From an uncultured SAR86 cluster bacterium (GTDB taxonomy: Bacteria > Pseudomonadota > Gammaproteobacteria > Magnimaribacterales > D2472): DNA of 64,000 nt. The DNA is taken from NCBI GenBank assembly GCA_902547695.1, contig CACCOR010000006.1, forward strand, positions 15,945-79,944. The letters run 5' to 3'. Of the stretch, positions 1 through 9,078 are shown in pieces. Under the pieces are notes generated by a model. That model worked only from the letters and a program-made list of their open reading frames with translations, was not told the origin of the DNA and did not search any database. The position numbers and the translations under genes were made by a program. Positions within the stretch are counted from its first letter, which is position 1; every line of letters begins with the position of its first letter.

Positions 1-541
1 TTTCTTGATTGCTCATAGCAAACCCAAATGACTTGTTTGCTCTTTCAAGCTCTGGTTTACCTTCTTCTAAAATGTTGATGTGATTCAAGGATCTGGATTT
101 ATCTGATTTAAAAAGATTCTTGAAATCATCTTTATTGTTATAAATCGATTGGGTCATTCGATCGTAAAACATCGAAAGATCTAGTGAATTAATTTCAGAA
201 TCGCATTCAAGATTAAATCCATATAGTCTTTCAACTCTTTCGATATTATCGAAACCAACGTTTCTGATGATGTCCTCTGTCTTAGATGACCATGGTGAAA
301 TTGTTCCTAATCTTGGTCCTACATAAAAAGTAAACTCTGCGTCATTCTCTTTTGCAGCAAGAATGTCTTGAAGACCCTCATGATTAATTTTTTCAGATTT
401 AGATTGAACCAAATAAATCTCATTAGATGATATTTTTGCATTGATTTTGTTTGAATTTGAGAATTGGTGCTTGATCTGATCAAGCTTAGAACTTGAAAAA
501 CTTTGTTTACCCTTAAATATAAAGTTTTTAGTCTTTGACAC
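1..541 (-). CDS. purL: phosphoribosylformylglycinamidine synthase (large single-chain PurL), N-terminal ~180 aa only; the gene runs off the window edge
   Basis: My own reverse-strand translation (absent from the ORF track because it is open at the edge) reads VSKTKNFIFKGKQSFSSSKLDQIKHQF...FYVGPRLGTISPWSSKTEDIIRNVGF...GFAMSNQE. The GPRLGTISPWSSK block is typical of the PurL N-terminal domain. GTG at 541 is the first plausible start after the in-frame stop at 580..578. The gene is divergent from an SLT transglycosylase, as purL/mltF are in E. coli. Confidence 0.85.
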   Translation of the reverse strand, partial: MSKTKNFIFKGKQSFSSSKLDQIKHQFSNSNKINAKISSNEIYLVQSKSEKINHEGLQDILAAKENDAEFTFYVGPRLGTISPWSSKTEDIIRNVGFDNIERVERLYGFNLECDSEINSLDLSMFYDRMTQSIYNNKDDFKNLFKSDKSRSLNHINILEEGKPELERANKSFGFAMSNQE

Positions 542-609
542 TTCTTTAAGTCTGAAATATTGTATATAACATATTAATTATAAAGTCTTTATGAATTAAA
601 TAATTAAAA

Positions 610-1323
610 ATGGGGAATATCTTTAGATTTTTTTTATTTTCAGCCATTACGGTCTTTTTGGTAGGTTGTTCTTTCTTTAGCAAAGAAATGAGTTGTGAAG
701 AAATTCTAATAAATTCTTATGAAGAGTCTTCATTAAACAACTTTGAAAAAAATAAATTTAAAGACTTGCTCGAAAATAGGTATCCTCAATACGACGAGAT
801 GTTTGAATCAGCATCCAAAGAAACAAACATAGAAAAGAATCTTTTAGCAGCAATCTCATTTCAAGAATCTCAATGGGATCCAAAAGCAAAATCTAATATG
901 GGTGTTAGAGGTATGATGATGGTTACATTAGAGACTGCAGCCTTAGTTGGCGTTGAAAAAAGACTAAATCCTGAACAAAATATTAAAGGTGGAGCAAAAT
1001 ATTTTTCAATGCTTCAAAATAAAAATAAAATCGGTCCCTCCGAAGCTGACAAATTATCTATCGTATTAGCAAGTTATAATCTTGGGCCAACAAATATCAT
1101 TAAAATAGCTGGTCAAATAGATTCTAATATTGAAAACGTTACTTGGGAGAATATAAAAGAAAAACTCAAAGTAACTACTGGAGAAGATCTTAATATGATG
1201 GATAACGGATCCTACTCAAGGGCTCAACAGGCAATAGATTATGTTGATAGAGTTAAGAGCTATTATCAATTAATGAGTGCTCATGCATGTGTAAATCCTA
1301 AAGATCAATTAACTTTCTTTTAA
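610..1323 (+). CDS. SLT-domain lytic murein transglycosylase lipoprotein (resembles the MltF C-terminal domain only)
   Basis: Signal peptide with lipobox (FLVGC). SLT catalytic block [26 protein letters not shown] and ASYNLGP. Position opposite purL matches E. coli mltF. Confidence 0.8.
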   Translation: MGNIFRFFLFSAITVFLVGCSFFSKEMSCEEILINSYEESSLNNFEKNKFKDLLENRYPQYDEMFESASKETNIEKNLLAAISFQESQWDPKAKSNMGVRGMMMVTLETAALVGVEKRLNPEQNIKGGAKYFSMLQNKNKIGPSEADKLSIVLASYNLGPTNIIKIAGQIDSNIENVTWENIKEKLKVTTGEDLNMMDNGSYSRAQQAIDYVDRVKSYYQLMSAHACVNPKDQLTFF

Positions 1324-3307
1324 GCGAAGTTATTTTATCTCTGCAAACTGCAGCTTTTTCGAATTCCATTTTTTTTGCCAAAGCAAACATCTCATCTTCT
1401 AATTTTTGTAAAGTCTCAGTAATGTTATCAACGGTGTCATCCTTAATCTTAAAGGTAACAATTTTATCAATGTCTTCTTTTTTCTTTTTGGTATTACCCT
1501 TAATAATTCTTGCGCCTTCCATAATATCTTTAACTTTTGTTGAAATAGATTTTGGCGTGATATTATTTTTGTCATTAAACTCCTCTTGAATGGACCTTCT
1601 TCTATCTGTTTCATCAATTGCCCTTTGCATTGATCCGGTTACTTTGTCTGCATACAAAATAGCCTTCCCCCTCAAATTTCTTGCTGCTCTTCCTATTGTT
1701 TGAATTAAAGTAGTATCAGATCTCAAAAATCCCTCTTTGTCTGCATCTAAAACTGCAACGAGACTAACCTCAGGAATATCTAAGCCCTCTCTTAATAAAT
1801 TAATGCCAACAAGAACATCAAATTTACCCAATCTAAGATCTCTAATAATTTCAACACGCTCTACTGTGTCTATATCAGAGTGCATGTATCTCGCAGAAAT
1901 ATTATTTTCATTTAAATAATCTGTTAAATCTTCTGCCATTCTTTTTGTAAGAGTCGTAACTAATACCCTTTCTTTCATTGCAACTCTATCATTACATTCA
2001 CCTATAACATCATCAATTTGTGTAGAGGCAGGTCTTATTTCTACTTCAGGATCAGTGAGGCCAGTTGGTCTTACAAGCAACTCGACTAAATTATCTTGCT
2101 TTTCATTTTCATATTTACTTGGAGTGGCAGAAACATAAATTCTTTGTGGTGCCAACATTTCCCATTCCTCAAATTTTAAAGGCCTATTATCCAAAGCTGA
2201 TGGAAGTCTAAAACCATATTCAACTAGTGTTTCTTTTCTTGATCTATCACCTTTATACATTGCTCCTATTTGCGGAACAGAAACATGAGATTCATCAATA
2301 AAAACAATTGCATCCTTTGGAATGTAATCAAATAAACACGGCGGAGACTCTCCAGGTTTTCTGCCACTTAAATATCTTGAATAATTCTCAATACCTTGAC
2401 AATAACCAAGCTCTCGCATCATTTCGATATCATAATTGGTCCTCTCTTCTAATCTTTGAGCCTCAACAAGTTTGTTGTTGTCTCTTAGAAAGTTAAGTCG
2501 TGTTTTCAATTCATCTTTTATATCCGGAATACAATTTGTAACTGTGTCTTTTGGTGTTACGTAATGAGTTTTAGGAAAAATCGTGACTCTTGGAATCTCG
2601 CTAATAATGACTCCGGTAAGAGGATCAAACCAAGATAGTTTTTCAATTTCATCACCAAAAAATTCAATTCTTAATGCCTCCTTGTCTGAGTCAGCAGGAT
2701 AAACATCAACCGTGTCTCCTCTAACTCTGAAAGTTGCTCTCCTAAAATCTAAATCGTTTCTTGTATATTGAAGTGCAGATAATCTTAAAACAAGATCACG
2801 TTGAGAAATCATATCTCCTCTATCAAGATGGACAACCATTTTTAAATAAGATTCGGGTGCGCCTAAACCATAAATTGATGAGACTGTTGCTACTACAATA
2901 GTATCTTTTCTTTCTATTAGGGCTTTAGTTGCAGAAAGTCTCATTTGTTCAATATGCTCATTTATCGAAGCATCTTTTGCTATATATGTATCAGATGTTG
3001 GGACATAAGCCTCTGGCTGATAATAGTCATAATAAGAAACAAAATACTCTACAGAATTATTTGGAAAAAAATCTCTAAATTCACCGTATAGCTGAGCAGC
3101 AAGAGTTTTATTGTGAGCCATTATAATTGCAGGTCTTTGAGTTTCCTCAATGACTTTTGCCATAGTGTAAGTTTTTCCAGATCCTGTAACACCTAATAGA
3201 GTCTGATGCAGCAATCCATCCTCAAGCCCAGATACTAAATTATTGATAGCTTCAGGTTGAGATCCAGCTGGCTCAAAATCAGATACAACCTTTAATGTTT
3301 TTGTCAT
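1298..3307 (-). CDS. uvrB: excinuclease ABC subunit B
   Basis: 669 aa. Walker A GVTGSGKT, helicase motifs throughout, and a C-terminal UVR coiled-coil ([15 protein letters not shown]). Confidence 0.97.
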   Translation of the reverse strand: MTKTLKVVSDFEPAGSQPEAINNLVSGLEDGLLHQTLLGVTGSGKTYTMAKVIEETQRPAIIMAHNKTLAAQLYGEFRDFFPNNSVEYFVSYYDYYQPEAYVPTSDTYIAKDASINEHIEQMRLSATKALIERKDTIVVATVSSIYGLGAPESYLKMVVHLDRGDMISQRDLVLRLSALQYTRNDLDFRRATFRVRGDTVDVYPADSDKEALRIEFFGDEIEKLSWFDPLTGVIISEIPRVTIFPKTHYVTPKDTVTNCIPDIKDELKTRLNFLRDNNKLVEAQRLEERTNYDIEMMRELGYCQGIENYSRYLSGRKPGESPPCLFDYIPKDAIVFIDESHVSVPQIGAMYKGDRSRKETLVEYGFRLPSALDNRPLKFEEWEMLAPQRIYVSATPSKYENEKQDNLVELLVRPTGLTDPEVEIRPASTQIDDVIGECNDRVAMKERVLVTTLTKRMAEDLTDYLNENNISARYMHSDIDTVERVEIIRDLRLGKFDVLVGINLLREGLDIPEVSLVAVLDADKEGFLRSDTTLIQTIGRAARNLRGKAILYADKVTGSMQRAIDETDRRRSIQEEFNDKNNITPKSISTKVKDIMEGARIIKGNTKKKKEDIDKIVTFKIKDDTVDNITETLQKLEDEMFALAKKMEFEKAAVCRDKITSLKRKLIDL

Positions 3308-3352
3308 TTACTTATATATAAAAAATTACTTATAATGCTCTGCTATTAGCGT

Positions 3353-3427
3353 TCCTCAGTAGCTCAGCGGTAGAGCAGTTGACTGTTAATCAATTGGTCG
3401 TTGGTTCGATCCCAACCTGAGGAGCCA
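3353..3427 (+). tRNA. tRNA-Asn (anticodon GTT), CCA encoded
   Basis: Hand-folded cloverleaf. Acceptor TCCTCAG/CTGAGGA, D-arm GCTC..GAGC, anticodon stem GTTGA/TCAAT with loop CTGTTAA, T-arm GTTGG-TTCGATC-CCAAC, discriminator G then CCA. Closely resembles E. coli tRNA-Asn. A TATAAT hexamer lies at 3331..3336, 16 nt upstream. Confidence 0.92.
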
Positions 3428-3434
3428 TTTAACT

Positions 3435-3854
3435 TCACAAATTATTCTCAATCATAAATTTTTTCATCAAATTATAAATATTTTCTCTAGTTTTTTGAAA
3501 AGCCATATTTAATTGGACATCGTTTAAATTATTCATAGCGGGATCTTCATTTATCCAGTGTAAAGAAATAGCATCCGTTGGTAAAACTGGGCAAATCTCT
3601 TCAGCACATAGTGTTATTGCAAAATCTAGATTATCCAAAAAATCTTTATCTAAGTCATTTATGGATTTTGACTTATTGCTACTAATATCAATTCCAATAT
3701 CTTTGAGCGTTTTTACAGCAAAAGGATGTACTTCACCAACAGGATCAGACCCAGCACTCTTAATGGTATGATTTTGTCCGAACATATCAACAGCAAGACC
3801 TTCAGCGATTTGACTTCTTGCAGAATTTCCAACACATAAAAAAAGAATATTCAT
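3435..3854 (-). CDS. arsC: arsenate reductase, LMW-PTP/thioredoxin-coupled type
   Basis: I take the start at the internal ATG 3854 (MNILFLCVGNSARSQIAEG, the CX5R P-loop). A second Cys pair lies in TLCAEEICPV, as in the Staphylococcus-type ArsC C10/C82/C89 triad. The 30-aa upstream extension in the ORF track has no homologous counterpart. Confidence 0.8.
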   Translation of the reverse strand: MNILFLCVGNSARSQIAEGLAVDMFGQNHTIKSAGSDPVGEVHPFAVKTLKDIGIDISSNKSKSINDLDKDFLDNLDFAITLCAEEICPVLPTDAISLHWINEDPAMNNLNDVQLNMAFQKTRENIYNLMKKFMIENNL

Positions 3855-3915
3855 GGATAAATTGTAGATTTGCTTATATAGAGTTATCTTATATCTATTA
3901 TAAATAATTTTAAAA

Positions 3916-5034
3916 GTGATTAATAAAATAAGCGTCAAAAGCATGCTAAGTGGACTCGAGGGAAAACTTGGAGAGGATGACTATACTGAGCCACTTGAAA
4001 TTCTGATAAATTCAGCCAATAAAAATAACGAATTTAATCTTTTTGGTTCCATAGCATTTAAAAATCAGCTTAAAGATAGGCTAAAAATGAGAAGTAAATT
4101 ATATGACTTTGTAAAAGACCGAGATCTCCCCTCTCCAGCTGATCCTGTTTTTGTTACTGGTCTTCCAAGGTCAGGTACTACTTTTCTTTTTAATTTACTT
4201 GCTCTTGATAATAGTCATAGGTCTCCTAGATATTGGGAAATAATGTCCTTGATGCCATTAGTTAAAAATAAATTTGATATTAAGAGACGGGAATGGAAGA
4301 TCAATGCTGAATTAAAGTTTGCAAGAACAATTATTCCTAAATTAAGAAACATGCATCATATAAGAGCAAATTCACCAGAAGAATGTGAACTCCTTGCAAC
4401 CATAAATGTAAGAAGTTTTGTCTATATGTGTATGGCAAATGTTCCTGAATACGTAGAGTATCTAAAAGACTGTAGCTTTGATTCTGTTTTTAAATGGCAT
4501 AAACGATTTTTTCAAGTCCTAGAAATTAATGGAAGACCAAAAAGATGGTTACTTAAAGATCCAAGTCATATAGGTCATATTCCAGAAATATTAACCACTT
4601 ATCCAAATGCAAAATTTATAAATATACATAGAGATCCTATGGAATCGGTAGCATCTTTTTGCAGCCTTGCTAAAAATATAAGATCTGCGTTCTCAAAGAA
4701 TGTAAATCCAGAGCAAATTGGTGAAGTTATTTTAGACTTTTGGCAACACAGTCTTCAAAAAGGCATCCAAGCTAAAGAAAACCTTTCCTCAGATCAAATC
4801 ATCGATATTAGTTATAGCAATTTTATAGATGATCCTTTAAACATTTTGAAAGATATATATCAAAACTTTGAATTTGATATGGATATTGAAACCGAAAATA
4901 AAATTAAAAACTATTTGATAAATCAGAGTAAGTTAAAAAAAGAAAAGCATTCATATTCAATAGAAGAATTTGGTTTAAACGAAGCTAAAGTTAAAGACTG
5001 TTTTAAAAACTATATGATGAACTATGAATTTTGA
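3916..5034 (+). CDS. sulfotransferase family protein (PAPS-dependent type), substrate unknown
   Basis: 5-prime phosphosulfate-binding loop GLPRSGTTFL and 3-prime phosphate motif IHRDPMESVAS. The start is uncertain (GTG 3916 or ATG 3943). Confidence 0.72.
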   Translation: MINKISVKSMLSGLEGKLGEDDYTEPLEILINSANKNNEFNLFGSIAFKNQLKDRLKMRSKLYDFVKDRDLPSPADPVFVTGLPRSGTTFLFNLLALDNSHRSPRYWEIMSLMPLVKNKFDIKRREWKINAELKFARTIIPKLRNMHHIRANSPEECELLATINVRSFVYMCMANVPEYVEYLKDCSFDSVFKWHKRFFQVLEINGRPKRWLLKDPSHIGHIPEILTTYPNAKFINIHRDPMESVASFCSLAKNIRSAFSKNVNPEQIGEVILDFWQHSLQKGIQAKENLSSDQIIDISYSNFIDDPLNILKDIYQNFEFDMDIETENKIKNYLINQSKLKKEKHSYSIEEFGLNEAKVKDCFKNYMMNYEF

Positions 5035-5068
5035 TGATAAAATCAATATTAATATCTAAGGCGAATCA

Positions 5069-5677
5069 TTGAAAACTAGAAACTTTAAAATCTTTATACC
5101 TCTTTTAGTCGCATTAACCTCATGTGTGGATGTTATTGAAAATGATGAAGCTAATAATCTTATGGAGAATAAAATGACACAAGTAACAATAAAAACATCT
5201 GTTGGAGACATTCAACTTGAACTTAATGACGAGAAAGCACCTATAACAGTTGAAAATTTTAAAACTATTGCCTCAAGTGGATATTATGAAGGAACAATAT
5301 TTCATAGAGTTATAAATGGTTTCATGATTCAAGGCGGTGGATTAACTGCTGACATGAATAATAAGCCTAGTGGAACCGGTCCTATACAAAATGAAGCTAA
5401 TAATGGATTGCCAAATGACAGAGGTACTATTGCAATGGCTAGAACGATGGATCCACACTCAGCTACAAGTCAGTTCTTTATTAATCACAAGGACAACGCA
5501 TTTCTAAATCATACTGGTGAAACATCTCAAGGATGGGGATATGCTGTATTTGGTATGGTTACTGAAGGTATGGATGTTGTTGATCAAATAGCAGAAGTTG
5601 CAACTGGATCATCTGGAGCCTATCAAGACGTTCCTGAAGAAGTAATAACTATTGAGTCAGTTACTATCTCTGAATGA
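5069..5677 (+). CDS. cyclophilin-type peptidyl-prolyl cis-trans isomerase with lipoprotein signal peptide (alternative internal start at 5174)
   Basis: [14 protein letters not shown] and [10 protein letters not shown] cyclophilin motifs. The N-terminus [19 protein letters not shown] is a signal peptide with lipobox. TTG start. Adjacent to lpxH, as ppiB is in E. coli. Confidence 0.9.
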   Translation: MKTRNFKIFIPLLVALTSCVDVIENDEANNLMENKMTQVTIKTSVGDIQLELNDEKAPITVENFKTIASSGYYEGTIFHRVINGFMIQGGGLTADMNNKPSGTGPIQNEANNGLPNDRGTIAMARTMDPHSATSQFFINHKDNAFLNHTGETSQGWGYAVFGMVTEGMDVVDQIAEVATGSSGAYQDVPEEVITIESVTISE

Positions 5678-6387
5678 CATCCTTTTTTATATCGGACATA
5701 CATTTAAGCGAAAGTAATAATAAACTATCTTCTGCTTTTATAAACTTTCTTAAAGATTATAAAGAATCTTGCTCACAACTTTTTATTCTTGGAGACTTAT
5801 TTGAAGTTTGGATTGGTGATGATTATGAAACAAGTTTTATAAACAACATAAAATCTGAACTTTTAAAGTTTACAACTAATGGACCAGATACCTTTCTTAT
5901 GCATGGTAATAGAGATTTTTTAATAAGTGAGAAATTTTTGACTGATACTGGTATTAAACTTCTTCCCGATCCATTTGAAATTACTATGCATAATAAAAAA
6001 GTTCTCTTAAGTCATGGAGACTTCTTGTGTACTGATGACGTTGATTACATTAATTTTAGAAATCAGGTTAGAGATAAAGCCTGGCAAGATAATTTTTTGA
6101 GTAAGTCAATTGAAGAAAGAAGTGAAATTGCATCAAAACTAAGAAGTGATAGCAATGATGCAACCCAAGATAAATCCATAGAAATCACTGATGTTAACGA
6201 GTCATCGGTCAAAAAAATTATTGACGATTACTCTCCTGACATATTTATTCATGGTCACACTCACAGACCTAATATTCATGAATATGCATCCTCAAAACGT
6301 ATTGTTCTTGGCGATTGGGATGACTTTGGTTGGTATCTTCGTCTTGACGATGAATCATATAATTTAGAAAAATTTTCTATTGCTTGA
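5674..6387 (+). CDS. lpxH: UDP-2,3-diacylglucosamine hydrolase
   Basis: Metallophosphoesterase motifs [36 protein letters not shown] and GHTHRP. ATGA overlap with the preceding ppi gene. Confidence 0.9.
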   Translation: MTSFFISDIHLSESNNKLSSAFINFLKDYKESCSQLFILGDLFEVWIGDDYETSFINNIKSELLKFTTNGPDTFLMHGNRDFLISEKFLTDTGIKLLPDPFEITMHNKKVLLSHGDFLCTDDVDYINFRNQVRDKAWQDNFLSKSIEERSEIASKLRSDSNDATQDKSIEITDVNESSVKKIIDDYSPDIFIHGHTHRPNIHEYASSKRIVLGDWDDFGWYLRLDDESYNLEKFSIA

Positions 6388-6419
6388 TTAACTACTTTAC
6401 AAATAATTAGATTTAAATA

Positions 6420-6439
6420 TACTGTATATATATACAGTA
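6420..6439. promoter_or_regulatory. LexA operator (SOS box) of umuDC, overlapping a putative -10 element
   Basis: TACTGTATATATATACAGTA is a perfect 20-bp palindrome matching the gammaproteobacterial CTGT-N8-ACAG consensus. It lies 7 nt upstream of the umuD ATG. Candidate promoter: TTTACA (6396..6401), 16-nt spacer, TATACT (6418..6423). Confidence 0.93.
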
Positions 6440-6446
6440 TTAACCC

Positions 6447-6875
6447 ATGAAAGTTGACTATATCGGAAAAATTTCTGAAGAAAATCTGCCGGCAATATTT
6501 GTGCCCTATTTTCTTGAATCAGTCCATGCCGGATTCCCCAGTCCGGCAAGCGACTATATTGAAAGTCCAATAGACTTAAATAAACACCTAATAAAAAATG
6601 GTGCTGCAACTTTTCTGGTTAGAGCACAGGGACAATCCATGGTTGGTTCTGGCATTACCGATCAAGCGGTCTTAATAGTCGATAGAAGTATAAGGCCTTC
6701 TCACAACAGTATTGTGGTAGCAACTATAGATGGCGAATTTGTATGTAAAAGATTAAAGCTCAAACCAAGAATGTGTTTAATGCCTGAAAATCCTGAGTAC
6801 CCTCCTATCTTCATTAATAGCGGACAAGAATTAGAAATAGTAGGAACTGTAACCGCAGCAATTAATAAATTCTAA
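6447..6875 (+). CDS. umuD: translesion DNA polymerase V accessory subunit UmuD (LexA-like self-cleaving S24 peptidase)
   Basis: Colinear with E. coli UmuD. Cleavage-site region VHAGFPSPASDY, catalytic Ser in GQSM, Lys in FVCKRL. Confidence 0.92.
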   Translation: MKVDYIGKISEENLPAIFVPYFLESVHAGFPSPASDYIESPIDLNKHLIKNGAATFLVRAQGQSMVGSGITDQAVLIVDRSIRPSHNSIVVATIDGEFVCKRLKLKPRMCLMPENPEYPPIFINSGQELEIVGTVTAAINKF

Positions 6876-8137
6876 TGGCTTTTGCTCTTGTTGACTGTGA
6901 AAGTTTTTATGCTTCCTGTGAAAGAATTTTTCGCCCAGACCTAAAGAACGTTCCTATTGTTGTACTTTCTAATAATGATGGTTGTGTTATAGCAAGAAGT
7001 ACAGAAGCAAAAAGGATGGGAATCGCAATGGGCGTTCCATGGTTTAAGGTTAGAGAATCTTTTCTTAAGCAAAATGGAAAAGTATTTTCATCAAATTTTA
7101 CATTTTATGGAGATATATCGGCCAGAGTAATGAATATACTTGAGGGATTTGTTCCAAGGGTTGAGATATACAGTATCGATGAGGCCTTTCTGGATTTAGA
7201 TACTTTGAAGCAAAACTATAATTTATATGATTTTGGTTGTCATATAAGATCTTTGGTGAGGCAATGGACAGGAATTCCAGTCCGAATAGGAATAGCTCCA
7301 AACAAAACTTTAAGCAAGATTGCTATAAATGAAATTAAAAGAAAAAATATACCGACCTCAGTAATTGATTTATCAAATAAGGAACAAATCAAAATTGCCT
7401 TGCAGCATACTCCAGTAGGAAAAGTATGGGGGGTTGGGAGAAGATTAAATGATCATTTAAGTAGAGCTCGAATTAATACAGCGTTAGATCTTGCAAACGT
7501 TAATCCTCAAAACATTAGAAAAAAATTTAGTGTAGTTCTAGAAAGAACCGTTCGAGAATTAAGAGGAGAAAGATGTCTTAATATTGAGGATGATATTTCG
7601 TCAAAAAAACAAATAGTTGTGAGCAGAAGCTTTGGTGAAAGAGTATCTAATTTAGAAACGTTAAAACCTATAGTTAGTAATTTTGCTGTTAGAGCAGCAG
7701 AAAAGTTAAGAAGTGAAAAGCAAAAATGTTCTCAAGTTTCTGTGTTTGTAAGAACTAGCCCTTTTAATAAAAATAAACCTCAACACTCAGACCTGAGAAC
7801 AATTGGACTAATTACTCCTACAAACGATACTAGAGATATTCTTACAGCAGCAAAAAAGGGATTATTGCCTATCTTTAGATCTGGATATGATTACGCAAAA
7901 GCAGGAATAATCTTAAATAAATTCACTAACGAGCACGTTAAACAACATTCTTTATTTAAAGACCCTAATGATCCTAAGCAAAATACAAAATTAATGAAAT
8001 ATCTTGATCAAATGAATTCCTATGAAACTCAAATTTACTACGCATCACAAAATACAAAAAAATGGTCACCTATGAAACAAAACATGACTTCGCCTAAATA
8101 CACAACTAATTGGTACGACTTACCAAAGGTAAATTAA
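6875..8137 (+). CDS. umuC: translesion DNA polymerase V catalytic subunit UmuC (Y-family)
   Basis: FALVDCESFYASCERIFRP, VVLSNNDGCVIARS and YSIDEAFLDL. The start overlaps the umuD stop. Confidence 0.93.
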   Translation: MAFALVDCESFYASCERIFRPDLKNVPIVVLSNNDGCVIARSTEAKRMGIAMGVPWFKVRESFLKQNGKVFSSNFTFYGDISARVMNILEGFVPRVEIYSIDEAFLDLDTLKQNYNLYDFGCHIRSLVRQWTGIPVRIGIAPNKTLSKIAINEIKRKNIPTSVIDLSNKEQIKIALQHTPVGKVWGVGRRLNDHLSRARINTALDLANVNPQNIRKKFSVVLERTVRELRGERCLNIEDDISSKKQIVVSRSFGERVSNLETLKPIVSNFAVRAAEKLRSEKQKCSQVSVFVRTSPFNKNKPQHSDLRTIGLITPTNDTRDILTAAKKGLLPIFRSGYDYAKAGIILNKFTNEHVKQHSLFKDPNDPKQNTKLMKYLDQMNSYETQIYYASQNTKKWSPMKQNMTSPKYTTNWYDLPKVN

Positions 8138-8482
8138 ATGATAAAAAAATTAAATAAACATCGAGTTAGAAGAGAAAGACCTCTTACTAGTTTCTATTTT
8201 GATAAAGATACGTCAGATTATTGGAAAATAAATATTCAGTTATGGGATATTGAATTTGAGTTAAGAGAACTGAGAGAACAAATATGGATACATGTACTGA
8301 GACTAAGGTTTGCAATAGCTAATACAAAATCATTCAAAACAAAAACTCAACTAAAATTTAAAGAAAAAATAGTGTTAGAGCACGTAGCAAATATAGAGAA
8401 ACTAAGAGAAGAGAATAAAGATGCCTGGAGAAAAAACTTAAAAAATGAATATGGCGAAAATGCTACATGGTTTGAAAATTGA
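8138..8482 (+). CDS. hypothetical basic, helix-rich 114-aa protein; third gene of the umuDC transcription unit
   Basis: The ATG directly abuts the umuC stop (TAAATG). The ORF is on the same strand with no intervening promoter space. I recognise no motif. Confidence 0.5.
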   Translation: MIKKLNKHRVRRERPLTSFYFDKDTSDYWKINIQLWDIEFELRELREQIWIHVLRLRFAIANTKSFKTKTQLKFKEKIVLEHVANIEKLREENKDAWRKNLKNEYGENATWFEN

Positions 8483-8523
8483 TAGAGAAAATTAAATAAA
8501 TAATTTAGGATAAATGCCTATTT

Positions 8524-8892
8524 TTAGGTTAAATCAAGCGCAAAGTTCTTCAACACATCTAAATCGATAATTTTTAAAGCTTTTTTGTTAGTTCTCTTTA
8601 GGTAAATCTTTGGTGCAAAACCACACTCATAAGCTTCTTTCCATCTCTCAGCACAAAGACACCAAGAATCTCCTTCTCTTAAACCAGGAAAATTGAATTC
8701 AGGTCTTGGGGTTGATAAATCATTCCCACGACTTTTAGAGAAATCTAAAAATTCATCTGTTATTTGGGCGCACACTACGTGAAGACCTCTATCAAGCTCG
8801 TCAGTGTGACAAAACCCGTCTCTAAAATAACCAGTAATAGGATTTGAACAACATTCTTCAATCACTTCATCAAAAATATTAATCTGTTTCAT
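8524..8892 (-). CDS. DUF2237 family protein (Cys/His-rich, function unknown)
   Basis: CCSNPITGYFRDGFCHTDELDRGLHVVCAQ...GNDLSTPRPEFNFPGLREGDSWCLCAERW is the conserved DUF2237 pattern as I remember it. Start chosen at ATG 8892 to minimise overlap with the upstream small ORF; 8922 and 8952 are alternatives. Confidence 0.72.
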   Translation of the reverse strand: MKQINIFDEVIEECCSNPITGYFRDGFCHTDELDRGLHVVCAQITDEFLDFSKSRGNDLSTPRPEFNFPGLREGDSWCLCAERWKEAYECGFAPKIYLKRTNKKALKIIDLDVLKNFALDLT

Positions 8893-9076
8893 TTTTATCG
8901 AATTCTTTTTTATATTTTTCATAATCTTCCCAGTCATGAGGTGTGCCAACATTCTGAATACCTTTTACTGCTCTATACAAACTTTTAGATCTCAACAATG
9001 TTGAATCTTCCTCTTTTCCAAAAATCTTATTCCAGCCATGTTCAAAAAATTTAAAGAAATTTTTTTTATTATCCAT
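8879..9076 (-). CDS. hypothetical 65-aa protein
   Basis: ORF only. It is tightly packed between two same-strand ORFs (2-nt gap upstream, 14-nt overlap downstream). No recognisable motif. Confidence 0.4.
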   Translation of the reverse strand: MDNKKNFFKFFEHGWNKIFGKEEDSTLLRSKSLYRAVKGIQNVGTPHDWEDYEKYKKEFDKNETD

Positions 9077-9078
9077 GT

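Noticed and set aside
17-41. Inverted repeat AGCAAAC-N11-GTTTGCT near the window start, superficially PurR-box-like (GCAAAC/GTTTGC halves)
   Set aside because: It lies about 500 nt inside the purL coding region rather than in the promoter. The spacing does not match the contiguous 16-bp PurR operator. It is probably coincidental.
3855-3944. N-terminal extensions in the ORF track: arsC 3855..3944, DUF2237 8893..8952, ferritin-like 9786..9821, DUF1289 10705..10752, acnB 10789..10809, prpB 30503..30592, lexA 32697..32735, ACAD 40613..40645, NMO 44422..44433, msr 48796..48900, ACAD 57395..57487
   Set aside because: Homologous N-termini begin at internal ATGs, often preceded by GGAG/AGGA. The extensions overlap upstream genes or regulatory boxes and add residues with no counterpart in the family.
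3353-5068. tRNA-Asn as the attachment site of an integrated element carrying arsC and the sulfotransferase
   Set aside because: There is no integrase, and I could not find a repeat of the tRNA 3-prime end (GGTTCGATCCCAACCTGAGGA) at the far boundary (5035..5068). It is kept only as a low-interest accessory-gene note.
6397-6609. 70-aa minus-strand ORF spanning the LexA box and the 5-prime part of umuD
   Set aside because: It lies antisense to a confidently identified umuD and reads through the operator palindrome. It has no motif and no ribosome-binding site, so I treat it as a shadow ORF in AT-rich DNA.
6420-8482. Possibility that umuDC-orf114 is part of a mobile element or genomic island
   Set aside because: I saw no integrase, transposase, relaxase or phage gene and no flanking direct repeats. 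The flanks are core genes (lpxH on one side). Composition looks like the rest of the window by eye.
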